Assembly: GCF_009914755.1 (NCBI RefSeq) | Contig: NC_060931.1 | Direction: 5' to 3' (one strand) | From: the human T2T-CHM13v2.0 reference genome, Homo sapiens | Length of the DNA stretch: 64,000 nt | In this document: in pieces, positions 36,516-50,755 of the stretch | Layout of the letters: every line of letters starts with the position of its first letter | Position numbering within the stretch: position 1 is the first letter of the stretch | The notes under the pieces: generated by a model | The model's input: the letters and a program-made list of their open reading frames with translations, nothing else | Databases searched by the model: none | What the model was told of the DNA's origin: nothing | Made by a program: the position numbers and the translations under genes

Positions 36516-39449
36516 GCTTTCAATCCTTTTGAGCCCCAGCCAAATTCCAGCCACTGCATATTTAAGATAGTATTTGGCACATCATCTTATCTTTCTCTCT
36601 GGATTGTTAACCCTCCTAATGGCAGGGAACTTAATAATTTAGTTGTAGCTCTGTAAAAATCACTAAATTCTGAGTATTAGTTTCCTCATCTGTAAACATG
36701 GGTTTGAGACCTCTGGTCAGCCCACCTTACAGGGATGCTGGGAACGTCCAGTGAGATGATTCAGAAATAAAATAAGCTTTCCACATCATGAAGTCCTAAA
36801 CACATATAAGGGATTCTCAGTCAGTAAATGCTAAAACCGAAACCAAAAACCCAAACAAACAAAACAGACAAAAAAACCCAACTACAGTCCTTTCCTCAGA
36901 CTGCCTCTCAGTGGGCCTCAGAGCCCGGGGCAGCTGCTGCAGCTGGCGAGGCCAATCTGCCATCACTCAGAAATTCCACAGTTGGACAGAAATCAGGACA
37001 GGCAGCCCAGCTCCCGTCAAGGTGATCCTCTGCAGATTAAGTAGACCATCAATAATCTTTGGTAAACATCTGACTCAAGCGTGCACCAGCTCTTCCCGCC
37101 CTCCTTGCCCTCCAGCTGAGGCTCTGTTGGCTATTGTGTGCTGTTCTGAAGTTTTAGCAACCTCCTTTCATGTTTTTTTTTTTTTTTAACCTGGCTGGCT
37201 TTGGAGTTTCTTACGTGATGGAGCTTGAGAGTAAATGAAAGTGATTCCTGAATGTTGACATGTAAACATCATTGACCAGACCAGGCCCTATTCAAAAGGA
37301 AGATATTCTAAGTCTTCCAAACTCTAATCAAAGTGAATAGAGAGAGAGAGAGAGAGTGAGAGAGAATACAAATATGGGACAAAGCAAGAAGGTAAAGGAG
37401 CAAGCAAAGAGAGAATACCTATTAGAACATTCTTCCTGGAGCCATGAACAGATCTCTCCATAAGCTCTGGAACTTTCTAGCCTCCACACTTATGCTTTCC
37501 CTTCCTGATAGAGTGCCTGACATTGTCAGCATTAACTGAAAAGGTGGAGGCTGCCAGACTGAGCTGGTGAAATAATTCTATGGGAACAAAGACTCACACT
37601 TCTCCTCTGTGCATTCTCACCTATAAGGGCTAAAACAATTTCAAATTAAATACCTCGAAGAAATCCTTTTTTCCTCAGCCACTTTCCCACTAGATCCCCT
37701 TGTCCTGGGCTATAATAACAACATCTACAATAATAATGATGATATCTGCTGGATACCTTTTATACAGTACTAGCTCAGCCAGGCATTGTATAAACACTGC
37801 CAACCACAAGAAGCGTATCTACACTGAGACTCCAGTCCTTCTTTTGGGATATTCCCCGTGATTTCAGGGTCCAGGACCTTCCATCAAGTTATGCGCTAAT
37901 GGAAGCTCATCCCTATTAACATGTTGTCTTTCTCTTGTATTATTATTATTTTTTTAACATGGTAAGGCACACTTTATTCAAGAGGGCTCTGGCGATAGGC
38001 ACAGAGACCTTTGCGATGAGATCTTGCAGCTGGCAAGAGAGACTGGACCCAACATTCTCCCTTGTACGCTTTGATTTTATGGAAAAATTTCAAACATACA
38101 CAAAAAGAGAAAAGTGCAACAAACACCACATATGCCTACTACCCAGTTTCAACAATTAATATCCCGTTAATCCTGTTTAATCTATTCCCACCCCCTAAAT
38201 GTTGTTTTTAGGGAAGATTATAAAGCAAACACCAGACATTAGACCATTTCAGCACCACCCCTTGGCATTATTTGTCTTTTCTTTTCACTTTGTTGAATGT
38301 TGCAATGACTCTGAGGACCCAGTGAGATTTCCTGCTATGGATGGGAGGTGGTGTGGGGTATACAGCAATATAATTAATTAATCATATATTAATTAATCAA
38401 ATCTATATTAATCAAACCTAAGCCACCAATCCACTCACTTATTTATTTTTGATATTGTTTTATGGTAAGAATTGTTCAAGTTGCCTTATACTTATTATTT
38501 AATGAAACAAGGGATTGAAACTAGATTTACCCTTAAAAACTGGGGCTGAAGACAGACAGTAAAGCTAATCATTTTCTTGGCTTCTGAAGATGGGTGATCC
38601 AAAGGGACTCTAGAGTTCCTTGTCAGGGAACACCAACCACTGGAGAAATAGGATCCAGTCCCTCCCTCTTCTGTGGGCTTCCCAGGACTGAGTGATGAGG
38701 CTTCAGTCACCGAGTGGCAACAGTCCTATCCATATTGGGGCTGAATATAGGAAATGCAGAATGCATGAGGAACAGGGAAGCTGAAAACATGGATTGACTG
38801 TGTGCACACATTGCTATTTAATTATTTATGTGAACTGTTTGCCACGTGTGCTTAATTACCTTGCAGCACGATAATGAACAGGTCTGTCATTAAAATCCCA
38901 TTGGATTCTAGTGATGAAAACTCTCTCTGGGTTTTCCTGGCCTTCTTTTGCAGCAGGCAAGGTTGCTGGCCCAGAACTTAAAAATATGAGTGGTTTGTTC
39001 CTGGCTAGGTCTCTGGTCTCTGAAGCTATGGCAATTGCAGTTTTGTGGAACACGTTTAAGGCTCTGATGGGAGATTTGGCACATCTATGGCCAAAGAATG
39101 GCTCTCTTACCTCTGATCATGCCAAAGTTTGGGCAAAAAGTCTCTTCTTGAACTTTTGTTGAGATGGGACAGATTGGAGCTGTAAACCAGGCCTGTGGGC
39201 TTATATAATTTCCAGTTCCCCTAAAGCAATTGTTCCAGAGAGCTGGAAAACATATTTACGGACCAGCTCTTCCCCAGACTAATTAAATCAGGATCTCTGG
39301 GAGTGGGGGCTGGTGCTGCCCAGGTGGAGACCCACTGCTTTAAAGCAAGTACATGTTGTGCACACAGAGTCTTACTTTCTTCTCCATCTTTCTCTGTTAA
39401 GATAACCTTTTTTTCTCAAAGCTTTTGAGATAGAAGAGATGTGTTCTTT

Positions 39450-39820
39450 TTAGGTTTGGGTATTCAGGTCATGCTGGCTTCATAAAACGAATTGTGGGAA
39501 ATTTTCATCTTATGCTATGGTCTGAAATAGTTTGAATAACAAAGGATCTATCTGGTTTTTGAAGACTAGCTAGTACCCGGTTATAAGACCATGAGGACTT
39601 TTAAAAAAGGGAATCTCTTTAATAAAATTTCTAATGTATTTTATGATTATTGGTCTATTCAGGTGTTCCACCTCTTCGGGGACATTTTATTTTGCCAAGA
39701 ACTTCTCCATTTCCTCTAGATTTTCAAATGTATTGCCATAGATTTTCACATACAATGCTTTGATAAACTCTTTTGCGCCTTTCCCAAATGGTGATTAAAT
39801 CTTCTTTCTCACTCTAATAA
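39450..39820 (-). mobile_element. Old L1M fragment
   Basis: atgctggcttcataaaacgaattg...ggtctattcagg...ttcctctagattttcaaat. Confidence 0.65.
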
Positions 39821-40062
39821 ACTTTTCAAACTTCCTCCATTGTAACAATATTAGCTAATGCTTATTGATCACTGATCATGTGCAGAGCACACGGTCCTAA
39901 CTGCTTTACTTGTACTAAACTCAGTTCATCCTCATGACAATTCCACGAAGTAGATACTCTTATAATCCTCATGCTACAGTTGGGTATGTAGAGAAGTTAA
40001 ACAATTTGCCATTAGGTCACATAGTAGCATGCAGCTCTAGCATGCTGCCTACTAACGTGCCC

Positions 40063-40090
40063 GTGTGTGTGTGTGTGTGTGTGTGTGTGT
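40063..40090 (+). repeat. (TG)n microsatellite
   Basis: Direct reading. Confidence 0.95.
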
Positions 40091-40958
40091 TAAGAATTAG
40101 CCTATCATTTGACCATATAGGGTTAAGACTTAGAGGGGAGGGGGACTCTTCACCCACCCTCTCCTCCTTGTGTCCTAAGATGTGCTGCCTTGGGTATAAA
40201 ATTAATTGGAGGTGGGGGTGATGTCATAGCTAACCCCAAATTCTCATTAAACAAAACAAAACATAAAAATAATGAAGGGGCGGAAGGAGTAACAACAGCG
40301 TGGAGCTGCAGGTTCCTGCTCAAAGCTCGTAAGCGGGGAGTATGAACTTTTAAGAATTTTGTGGCTGGAAGGTGACAAGATTCCAATGGCAAAGAGTGGC
40401 CCAGAGACTTGGGGCCATGAGTTCCAATGTCTAGATGGAGGATTCTGTACTATGTAATCCTTTTGGTGACCTGGCCCAAGGTTACTTACTTGTTTTGAAT
40501 GTTCACTCAGACAATGAGAGGCCCACACCAGCAACATGAAGCAGACACGAATAGGGATGAAGAAAATAACCACAACCACCTAAAAGGGGTGAGTGGTTAT
40601 TATGCTCTACTCACAGCCACATCACACTGGGCAACCTTTGTATGAAAAGATAGATTTAAAAGATCTTCCAGGACGGCTCTCTGTCACTTCCAGAACAAAA
40701 GCTCAACTCTTTCGTGTGGCCTTGAAGGATTTCCACCAACTGACATCAAGTGGCTTTCTAAGCCCATTTGCTGCTGCTCCCCTCAGCACTACTGCTGTGT
40801 CAGTTGAACTAAACTCCTAGCTCTATATGTCATTGTATGTCTGTCTTTCTGCCTTTGCCCATGTTGCTCCCACCACCAGGAGTGCCCTTTCTCCACTTCT
40901 GAATATCAAAATGTGATGAATACTTCAAGGTCTAGCACAAATGTCATGATACTGCTTT

Positions 40959-41042
40959 CAATATAACTAAATCACACTAGCACTCACATATACTTACCAG
41001 CAATATAACTAAATCATACTAGCACTCACATATACTTGTCAG
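40959..41042 (+). repeat. 42-bp tandem duplication
   Basis: caatataactaaatca(c/t)actagcactcacatatactt(ac/gt)cag x2. Confidence 0.92.
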
Positions 41043-41738
41043 CACTTGATATTCGTTAACTGATTTAACTTGTAAAAGAATCCTGTGAATTATGTACTAT
41101 TCTTATCCCTATTTTGTAATTGGGGAAATTGACGATCAATGATTTTTCCAAGACTACACAACTGTCTAGTAGTTGAGTTGGGATTTGAACCCATGTAATC
41201 CGGCTCCCTGCTCTCAACCCCTCTGCACGGTATCTGTGCCTCTCAGCAGGCATGAGCTATAATGACTTTTGTATTTTTCTTACTACACCTACCAGACAAT
41301 AAGCTCCTCCAAGAAAGGCTGTGGGTCTGGTGCACCTTTGCATCCCATCCAGTTGGATGTGCCATAACTATTTGCTGGATGCAGAGCGCTAAGCCAGAGT
41401 TGGTCATGGAGCTTGTTACAAAGCTTAGTAAACATTGTAGAGAAGAATACAGTACTAGGTGGATGAGGTGGGGAGGGCAAGGGGGAAAAATTTGCCACCA
41501 AGGTCCATCCCTTCTGATAAGATACTTAGGGAGGCTGACTTTTAATAAATGATACAGTGGAAAATCACTGCTGAAGAGTGATCAAATGCAAATCCGGAAG
41601 GTACAAACTGAGCTAGGCAAGGGAGATGCTGGCAGAGGTGTGGAAATCTTCAGGCTTTTAGGGACCTGGAACCATGCCTTAAGGCCTTGCTACAGAAAGC
41701 ATGGTCCCTGGACAAGCAACAGCATCAATGGGAGCCCA

Positions 41739-41824
41739 TTAATCACGCTTTTTGCCATTTTAAAAAATGGGTTCAAATCCCATTTTTAATGGCAAAAACC
41801 ACAATTACGTTTGCACCAACCTAA
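41739..41824. mobile_element. Rearranged MADE1 (Hsmar1 MITE) inside MER5A (about 41687-41920)
   Basis: Intact right TIR taatggcaaaaaccacaattacgtttgcaccaacctaa; truncated left TIR. Confidence 0.8.
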
Positions 41825-43232
41825 GAGAAATGCCCCACCCCAGACCCATGGAAGAAGAACCTATATTTTAACAAGATCCTCAGGTGAGTTGCATGTACCC
41901 TAAAGTTTGAGAAGCACGCCCAGAAGGCCAGACATTCAGGCCCACCTCCATAGACTGTGGCTTAGTTGGTTTGGGGTGGGGCTAGCCAGGGCAACCACAT
42001 TTTCAAAAACTTTTACAGTTAATTTTACCTTGCAGTCTGGGCCAGAACCACTGCCTTGCTCTTCTCTAGAAACTGGTGGAGTGAAAAGATGGAGGAGGGC
42101 AAGGGATGGAGAATCCCACTTCTGTCACTAATGAGCTATGTGACCTTGGGCATGTCATTCAATATCAAATGAAGAAAGTAGATTAGATCAGAGGTTCATG
42201 AAACTCAGAATCAGAAAATACACATTCCTGGATCAAGTGAATTATAATTCCCAGCACTGGGCCTGAGGAATCAGCGTTTTCAACAAGTTCCCTAGGGATC
42301 CTTGTGTAGCCGCCTGGCCCTGGTATTGGGGATCAGTCGGCAACATGACCTCTAGGTCTTTTCCTCTACTATTCCATGATCTTAGAGAAGGAGAATTTTG
42401 CCCCAGGTTCTAAAAGCAATGATAAATATGTGTTGGCATAGGTTCAAACATTTCATTTAAACATTCAACAGTTCAAACATTTTTGACTGCACTGGAACCT
42501 GCTGTAAGAAATATAAGTACTTTTCATGAAGACTATATACTGTATATATAGCTCCACACCTTTCCCTTACTGTGATCCACTCTGTTTCCTTCTTTTATTT
42601 TCAAATGTACCACTCTGCTGATTTCATGATACACTAGTGGGTTGAGATAATTTGTAAAACCTGGTGCAGACAATCTCTGAATCAAGAACAAAGTCAGGGC
42701 CAGAAAGCCAGAATCTGTGTCACCTAGCAGAGGCCAGACAGCACCATGCTGACCTGTCCAACCCATAAGGAACCCAAGGGGCAGCTGATCACAACATGTG
42801 AAACTACAACAAAGGGACACTGGTTGGGAAAGCTGGAAAGGAGAAGAGAGGTTAGTGGAAGGCTCAAGACTCCAGGCTGAGGAGTTTAGTGACGATCACA
42901 GAGGCAATGTGCACTCTCTGGGGCTTCCAGAACAGGCAAGATCCACAAAGCATTTACAGCAGTGGTTCTCAACACTAGAAATACATCAAATTGCTTGGAA
43001 AGCACTCACAAAATACCAGTATCCACTCCCAGAGATGCTAAACCGCTAACCCAAAGTTCTCCCAAGTGAATGGACTATGTAGCTGGGATGGAAAAACCAC
43101 TGATCCAAGAGTTAGTTAAAGAGGCAGGGTGACGTAACACAAGAAATGTGGGCTTTGGGGTCTCTTAATTTCTCTGAAGTTTCCTGTGGATGAAATGGGC
43201 ATAACAACATCCACCTTAGCAGCTTGTTGTGA

Positions 43233-43607
<375 letters not shown>

Positions 43608-44030
43608 CGGTTGCTCCATTCTTAAGCCTTCCTCAGGACCAGTGAGAACCCTAAGCCCCAGAAAGGCAGGTCCAAGTTCACGCGGCTGGGCTGCAGCAGA
43701 GTGGGGATGTGCGGAGGCTCAGCTCTAGATGTGAATTCTTTGGCACTGTGGGCCTCCTCTCAGGACAGAACAGAGCTCAGGGAGGGTCTTGTGTATCAGG
43801 CTCATCTAAATCCAACTCAAATGACCTCAAATGGCCATTTCTCTCCTTCCCCCACTGAACTTCTGTCAGAGCACTGGGCCAACAGAGAGTCTGTCACACA
43901 AAATAAAGCCTTAGTTTTCTTTACCCAATAACCAGGTCATATCCTCTCCCTACAACATTATACAAGCTTGCCTTTCAACAGGATAGTGTTTGATTTTGAC
44001 ACATTTGAGCTTGACGTTCTTTTCTCATAG

Positions 44031-44097
44031 AAGTATCAGTACGATGCCTCCGTGGTGAAAATGCAGTCGAAGAATGATTTTTCAGCCCGTGTGGAAG
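44031..44097 (+). other. Candidate 67-nt internal exon
   Basis: ttgac...gttcttttctcatag|aagtat...gtggaag|gtgagt; CpG retained; one open frame KYQYDASVVKMQSKNDFSARVE, product not recognised. Confidence 0.4.
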
Positions 44098-44177
44098 GTG
44101 AGTGGGATGGGAAGAGAGGGGTGATGGATCGGCCAGCTGGAAGGCAGTGTCAGCAATTCAGACATGGGTGGAGGAAT

Positions 44178-44627
44178 TGTGAGTTTTATGGGTTCTCTCC
44201 CTAAAAGATGTTGAAGTCCTAAACACTAGCACCTGTGAACGTGACCTTATTTGGAAATAGAGTCTTTGCAAATGACCAAATTAAGACAAGGTCATGAGGG
44301 TGGGCCCTAATGTAATCTGACTGTGTCATTACAGAGGGAACTCTGGACATAGAGAGTGACATGCACAGCGAGAGCACCTGGTGAAGATGAAAGCTGAGAT
44401 GGGGGTGAGGCATCTACAAGCCAAGGAATGCCCAAGCCTTCCAGCAAACCACCAGAAGCCAGGAGAGAGGCAGGGAGCAGATTCTCTCTCGCAGCCCTCA
44501 GAAGGGACCAATCCTGCTGACATGTTGATCTTGGACTTCCTGCCTCCAGAACTGTGAGATACATTTCTGTCACTTAAGATATCCAGATTGTGGCACTTTG
44601 TTATGGTAGCCCTCGCAAACTAATGCA
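44178..44627 (+). mobile_element. MLT1 (B/C-like) solo LTR
   Basis: gtgaacgtgaccttatttggaaatag...ctccagaactgtgagatacatttctg...aaactaatgca. Confidence 0.85.
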
Positions 44628-44914
44628 GTGGTGTCAGATCCTTGTTCAAAGGACACATTGTCACGAACAGAGGCAAAGAGCCCCAACTGTCTCCTTTCAA
44701 GAGCTAGAACTTCAGAAGAGTAAGCATGCTCTGTCCTACAGGTGACTCTTAACCCGCAGTTGAGATGCCTGGCTTTATCTTCTGCAGAGATCTAGCCTTG
44801 AAATAAAGCTTGTGATCTAATTTCAAGATTACCAGCCTTTTTGTTGGTGTCCTCAAATATGCCTGCATCGGAGCAATAACCAGTGGCAATTTTCATATGG
44901 ACTCTCTCATCAGT

Positions 44915-45180
44915 ACAATAGGCAATAACCCTTACCTCAAGCTTAACATATGTGAGGCATTTGCCTTTTGTACATGAATCCACCCAATTTTCACAACCAC
45001 CCTATTATGTGTGTACTATGCTTATGCTCATTTTACAGAAGAGAAAACTGAGTGAGACACATAAAGGTAGAGTGAGACACACAGAGGTAGAGCAACTTTC
45101 CCAAGGCTGCACAACTAGAAATGTTGGAGCTGGGATGGGGATGCAGGCAATTTGGTTCCAGAGTCTGTGTCCTTCTACAC
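44915..45180 (-). mobile_element. MIR
   Basis: ctcattttacagaagagaaaactgag...gcaactttcccaaggctgcacaactag. Confidence 0.7.
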
Positions 45181-45279
45181 TACAAAAATGGCTACCACAT
45201 GCTGAGGGCTTACTCTGGGCAGGCACTTTCCAAACACTGACATTATTAATCCATTTTACACGCACAACCATTTAGCTAA
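45163..45279 (+). repeat. Donor copy of a 117-bp dispersed direct duplication
   Basis: Identical to 46753-46869 except at 2 positions. Confidence 0.95.
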
Positions 45280-46752
45280 GCTTGCAGACTGTTTATTTTC
45301 CATATTCATACTTCCAGGGAAGCTATTTTAATTTTAAACATAAGATGGCCAGCCATTACCCCCACTTCCCAAACACATACGCACAGCCTGGGCCCTCCTC
45401 CAAAACAGGTCACTGGCTGGGGATCCTATAGCTTCCCTTGACGAGTATCTTCCAGCATCCCACGATTCACCTCTCCCCCTCTCAACATGCTTATGCCCTC
45501 CCCAACTTCCAGTCCTTATCTCCCCAGCCAAAATCAGGAAGTGATTCTTTGTGGGCAGCTCAACCTCTGAAGGTCAAGCTCATTGCTTTTCAAATTAGAA
45601 TTTGAAGGGTCTTTTCCTCTCCTGGTCAGAGATGAGTGGGAGCTGTCAGATCTGGCCTCCCAGCTTCTGTAATTGATTTATATTTTGGTATAAAATAACT
45701 CTTGATTTTACTGAGGGAGTCAGAGGAGGGGAAGAGGTACAGGGGATCCACACGGAGGCAAAGAACAGACAGAAAATAAAGGAGAAGAAGAAAAACCAAG
45801 AATGATTACATATCTGTGCCAAGAACTGGGGCCAGGTACTCAGCACATTGCTCCTATTGCCAACAGCTGAGAGCGGTTAGGCAGTGTGTGGCAGGAAGCT
45901 GGATTGGAACCCAGTACTCCTTCAGCTGCACCTGAGTAAGAGTCCCAGGGAGGCTGCCGGCTGGCTCACTGTCTCCGACAAGCAGCAAGTCTTCTTCAGG
46001 AGAATTCTCGGTTGCATAAGGAGGCAGTTTACAGGACTCTAACAATCACTGTCACCTCTGGAAAGTCAAGGAAGGGAGCTCTCCAAGGTTCCCTGTGCCA
46101 CTCAGGGCGACACTGAGAAAGCAGATTGATCGCTTTAGAAGTCCGTGACTATGCTGAATGTTACATAGCTGCATTGCAGCAGCCTAGGAGGTGGCCACAC
46201 TCATGTGGCCTTCTTGGACCTTCTGACCCACCAGCCATAAATGCTAACAATGCCAAATGCGGCACAGCTTCCTTTCAGAATCAGTCAGCAAGACACCCTG
46301 TGGTTCATGCTTCCCTCCAAATCTGCTTGCTAACTTATGAGGAAATAGATCTTTCCGCCTCAGTAACAACAAAATTGGTCTTTGCATCTGCGAAAATTAT
46401 GCTCTAGATGACAGCAATCCTGAACATTAATCAAGTATCAATCACTGACATGAGTGGAAAATGGAGCTGGCGTCTTTATTTAAGTCTTGTTTTGAGCAAA
46501 GCAAAGCAAGGACTGATTGCGGAGAAAACCCTTTAATGGGTTTGAAACAGCACGTTGCAGCATGAGCTTGATGGCTGAGGTCTGGTTCAATGCCCAGTTC
46601 TCTCTCTAAATGGCTGTGCTCCTTGTGCCTCAGTTTTCCCATTTGTTAAAAAACAGAAAAATCATCACCTCTCAAGTCACCAAAGGATTAAATGAGACAA
46701 CACATCCCCACACAGAAACAATGATCTATTAGATATATTCAGAATAACCTGG

Positions 46753-46878
46753 GTCTGTGTCCTTCTACACTACAAAAATGGCTACCACATGCTGAGGGCT
46801 TACTCTGGGCAGGCACTTTCCAAACACTGACATTATTAATCCATTTTACATGCACAACCATTTATCTAAATGGTTGTG
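46753..46878 (+). repeat. Derived copy of the 117-bp duplication ending in a fold-back palindrome
   Basis: cacaaccattta-tc-taaatggttgtg (46853-46878). Confidence 0.93.
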
Positions 46879-47266
46879 GGAGACTAAATCCGCTAGGGAG
46901 AGAGTCCCTTATCTTGCCCAAGAGCTTAGAGTATATTTAACATGCTCTGTGCCCACACCAGGGGAATATTCTTTTTTTAGGGGAATATTCAGGTTTCTGA
47001 GCTGTCCAGTCCCCACCCAAAGGGCTTGTTCTCCATGTGTCAGCAGCACTGTCCTGATCTCCCTCTGGGCTCATCCCAACTTGCCAGACTTAGATCTTAC
47101 CCCCTTAAAAAAGCCTTCCACCCACAAATGCAAAACCTGAATCCAATCACAAGGAATCACCAGGTAAACCAAATCCAAGACTTGTAATCTTTAAAAACAT
47201 GAAGGCCATGAATGACAGAGACTGAAGAGACACAACAACTAAATGCAATATGTACTCCAGGATTAA

Positions 47267-47608
<342 letters not shown>

Positions 47609-48394
47609 TAACTGGCAAAATTTGAATAAGCTTTAATCAATGATGTTAGTTTCCTGATAATTGTACTCTGGTTATGTAAGAGAATATCTTTGTTTTTAGA
47701 AAATACATGTTGAAATATTAAGGGGTGAAGGGATACAGTTTTGCAACTTACTCTCAAATGGGTCAGGAAAAAATTAAAAATATAAATATATATTAAAAAA
47801 CCAATCTGTATAGATACACATATATATAGGGGAGGGGGTGGACAGTTTTTGCAACTTTTCGGTAAGTTTGAAATTAACTTCCTCTCCCCAGAGGAGCACT
47901 CCACAATTGATTACACTCTTTCCTCTTTCTCTTTTAACATCCTTGTAATATATTTTTTCATGTGGGCCGTGTACGGGAATTCCGTTTGTACGCCTCGTAC
48001 CACTTGACTTACAGGCAAATAACATTACAGCTGGAAGGAAAGGTCCTCAGAGACCACATAATTTGAAACTTCTGGGTGCTGCAACCAGGCTGAGAGGGGT
48101 CCACGGCTGTTGTCACCCAGCTGACCAGTTCCCGAGCTGCCCTGTGTTCTAGGGGCTCTTTCCCCTACTTCACACTGCATGGCCACGCAATGCAAGAAGC
48201 TGCAAAGGAGTGGCAGGTGCAACCGATCCCCTTGGCCTTTGGGACGATGCTGGGCCTGTTGGGAGGGGCAGGAGGCCCTGGAGTCCCGGTCTTACTCTCT
48301 CTTTACCCAGAGTGGAGCCATGATGTGAAAAATGTCAGGAAGCTGCTCTAATCCCATCTGTTCCCAGGGCTCTAGGTAACACCTATGTGTGAAT

Positions 48395-49290
48395 GGGCCT
48401 CAAATTTGTCTCTCTAACCCTGACCTCCACCTGAGGTCCACACTCCTATATCCAACTGCCAGTTCTTGAACATTGACTCAGCACCTCTAACATAACATGT
48501 CCCAAACCAAAGGTTAGATTTCTCCCTTCCCCTGCTTTTCCCTGTCTCAGGTTCAGTGGATCATGCCCCCAGTGGTTCAGGCCAAAACCTCAGGCTCATC
48601 TAACCTCCTGTTGTTCTCTCACACTCCATATCCTAGCAAATCACGTGGGCCCTATTTTCCAAACATATTCAGAATCTGGCTTTTCCTCAGTGCCGCCACC
48701 ACCAGGCTGATACAGGCCACCAGGACTGCTCGGCTGGACTTTTACAAGCACCTTGTGACGGTGTCCTGTTCCCACCCTTCCTGTGTCTACACTGTATTGC
48801 CTACCCAACAACCGCAGTGAGCATGTCTCTCTCTGGCTCAGAACCATCCAAGGGCTTCTGTGTCACTTATAATAAAATCTGCATCCTTAGAAGGATTTAC
48901 CTGACTGGATCCCTCCCTGAGCAGTCAATCTCTTTTCTCACATTCTTCACTCCTTGACACTTCAGGCATCTCATCCCTGTGTTGTCCCAGGGGCATGAGA
49001 GCCTGGCATGTCCCCAGCTTCTGCGTCTCTCCCCTGGTGCCCTCTCTGCCTAGAGTCCTTTGGCCAAGTATCTACAAGACCCTCTCGCTGACTGCACTCC
49101 CTGATTACCTTGTGCAAAAGAGCACTCTGCCCTTCCTGCACTGACTTTTCTTCACCTGACATCATACACTTCTTTGTTTACTATTATATCCCCCAGGAAG
49201 TTTCTAGACACAGGGAATCTATGTGGTTCTCTGTGAATCCCAGCCACTGCTTGGCACATAATAGGATCTCCTTAGTACTGTATTTACTAG
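48395..49290 (+). mobile_element. L2 fragment
   Basis: tcctatatccaactgcc...aacatgtcccaaacc...cttggcacataatagg...aataaatgaatg. Confidence 0.75.
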
Positions 49291-49570
49291 ATTAATAAAT
49301 GAATGCATTATTAAGTCAAAAAGCAAGGAGCAGAATGATGCATAAAATGCACACTCATTTATTTTAAAAAGGAAAAATATACACATGTATACTTGCTTAT
49401 CTTTGGGAGGATGGAACAGCCTTGCCTTCTGCAATGGTGAATGGGTGACTGCGGGCAGGAGTAGGAGGGAGACTTTTCACTGTATACCCTTCTGTGATTT
49501 TTTTGAATTTTGTAGTAGATACATGCGCTATCTGTCCAATGAATTAAAAACAGAAAAACATATTTGCCCC

Positions 49571-50755
49571 TGTGATATTGTGAACTATATATTTGGTCTT
49601 CAACCCATTTTTTGGCATTCAATTCTTAAAATCCTTAGAAGCGCCAAAATGATGTCTTTTGCACGCTAATGAGTTGACTGATGGCAGCGGGTAAGTAGCT
49701 TCAGGATGGGGGCTGTTCACCAGAAAGACCAAGGCAGGATTAGAGGGCGGGGACTTTCAGCTCCACCTGCCAACCTCTGGGAGGGGAGAGAGGCTGAGGG
49801 TTGAGTTCATCACTAATGGCCAGCGGTTTAATCAATCATGCCTACATAATGAAGCCTCCATAAAAACCCAAAAGGGTTCGGAGAACTTCTGGATAGCTGA
49901 ACACGTGGATGCTTACAGAAAGATTAAGAGGAACTCACTTTCAGGGCAGGGTGGCACACTCTAGCTCCATAGGGACAGAAATTCTTGTACTCGGGACCCT
50001 CCCAGACCTTGCCTTATGTATCTCTTTATCTGGCAGTTTATTCGTATCCTTTAAGATATCCTTTATAATAAACCAGTAAATGTGTTTCCCTGAGTTCTGT
50101 GAGCCACTCTGGCAAATTAATTGAACCCAAAGAGGGTGTTGTAAGAGTCCCAACTTGAAGCCAGTAGGCCAGAAATTCTGGAGGCCCAGACTTGCAACTG
50201 GTGGGACAGTGGGGGGACTGAGTTTTGGGGACTGAGCCCTCACCCTATGGGATCTGATGCGATGTCTAGGTACATAGCGTCAGAATTGAATTAGAGGACA
50301 TCCAGCTGGTGTCCACTGTGGAAGTGATTGTTTGCTTGGTGGTGGGAAAAACTCCAACATGTTTGGTCTTAGAAGTCTTCTGTTGGCCGGGTGTGGTGGC
50401 TCACACCTGTAATCCCAGCACTTTGGGAGGCTGAGGTGGGCGGATCACCTGAGGTCAGGAGTTCAAGACCAACCTGACCAACATAGAGAAACTCCGTCTC
50501 TACTAAAAATACAAAATTAGCCAGGTGTGGTGACACATGCCTGTAATCCCAGCTACTGAGGAGCCTGAGGCAGGGAATTGCTTGAACCTGGGAGGTGGAG
50601 GTTGTGGTGAGCCAAGATCGTGCCATTGCACTCCAGCCTGGGTAACGAGCAAAACTCCATCTCAAAAAAAAAAAAAAAAGAAGTCTTCTGTTGATGATTG
50701 TTGTGGTGTAAGAGCAAAGGAAAAACACATTGAGCATGATTTTTGCACACACAAC
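49571..50755 (+). mobile_element. MER21-family LTR interrupted by Alu (50385-50679, TSD agaagtcttctgtt)
   Basis: tgtgatattgtgaactatatatttggtcttc... MER21-type start; Alu with clear TSD. Confidence 0.8.

Noticed and set aside
35584-36570. Long ORFs (322 aa HPSI-rich; 210 aa WMDG-rich)
   Set aside because: Translations of the (CCAT)n repeat, which has few stop codons
40959-41042. Short tandem duplications (also 14221-14269 and 55477-55510) as part of the templated-insertion cluster or a CRISPR-like array
   Set aside because: Simple adjacent two-copy duplications are common indels with no spacers; listed as features only
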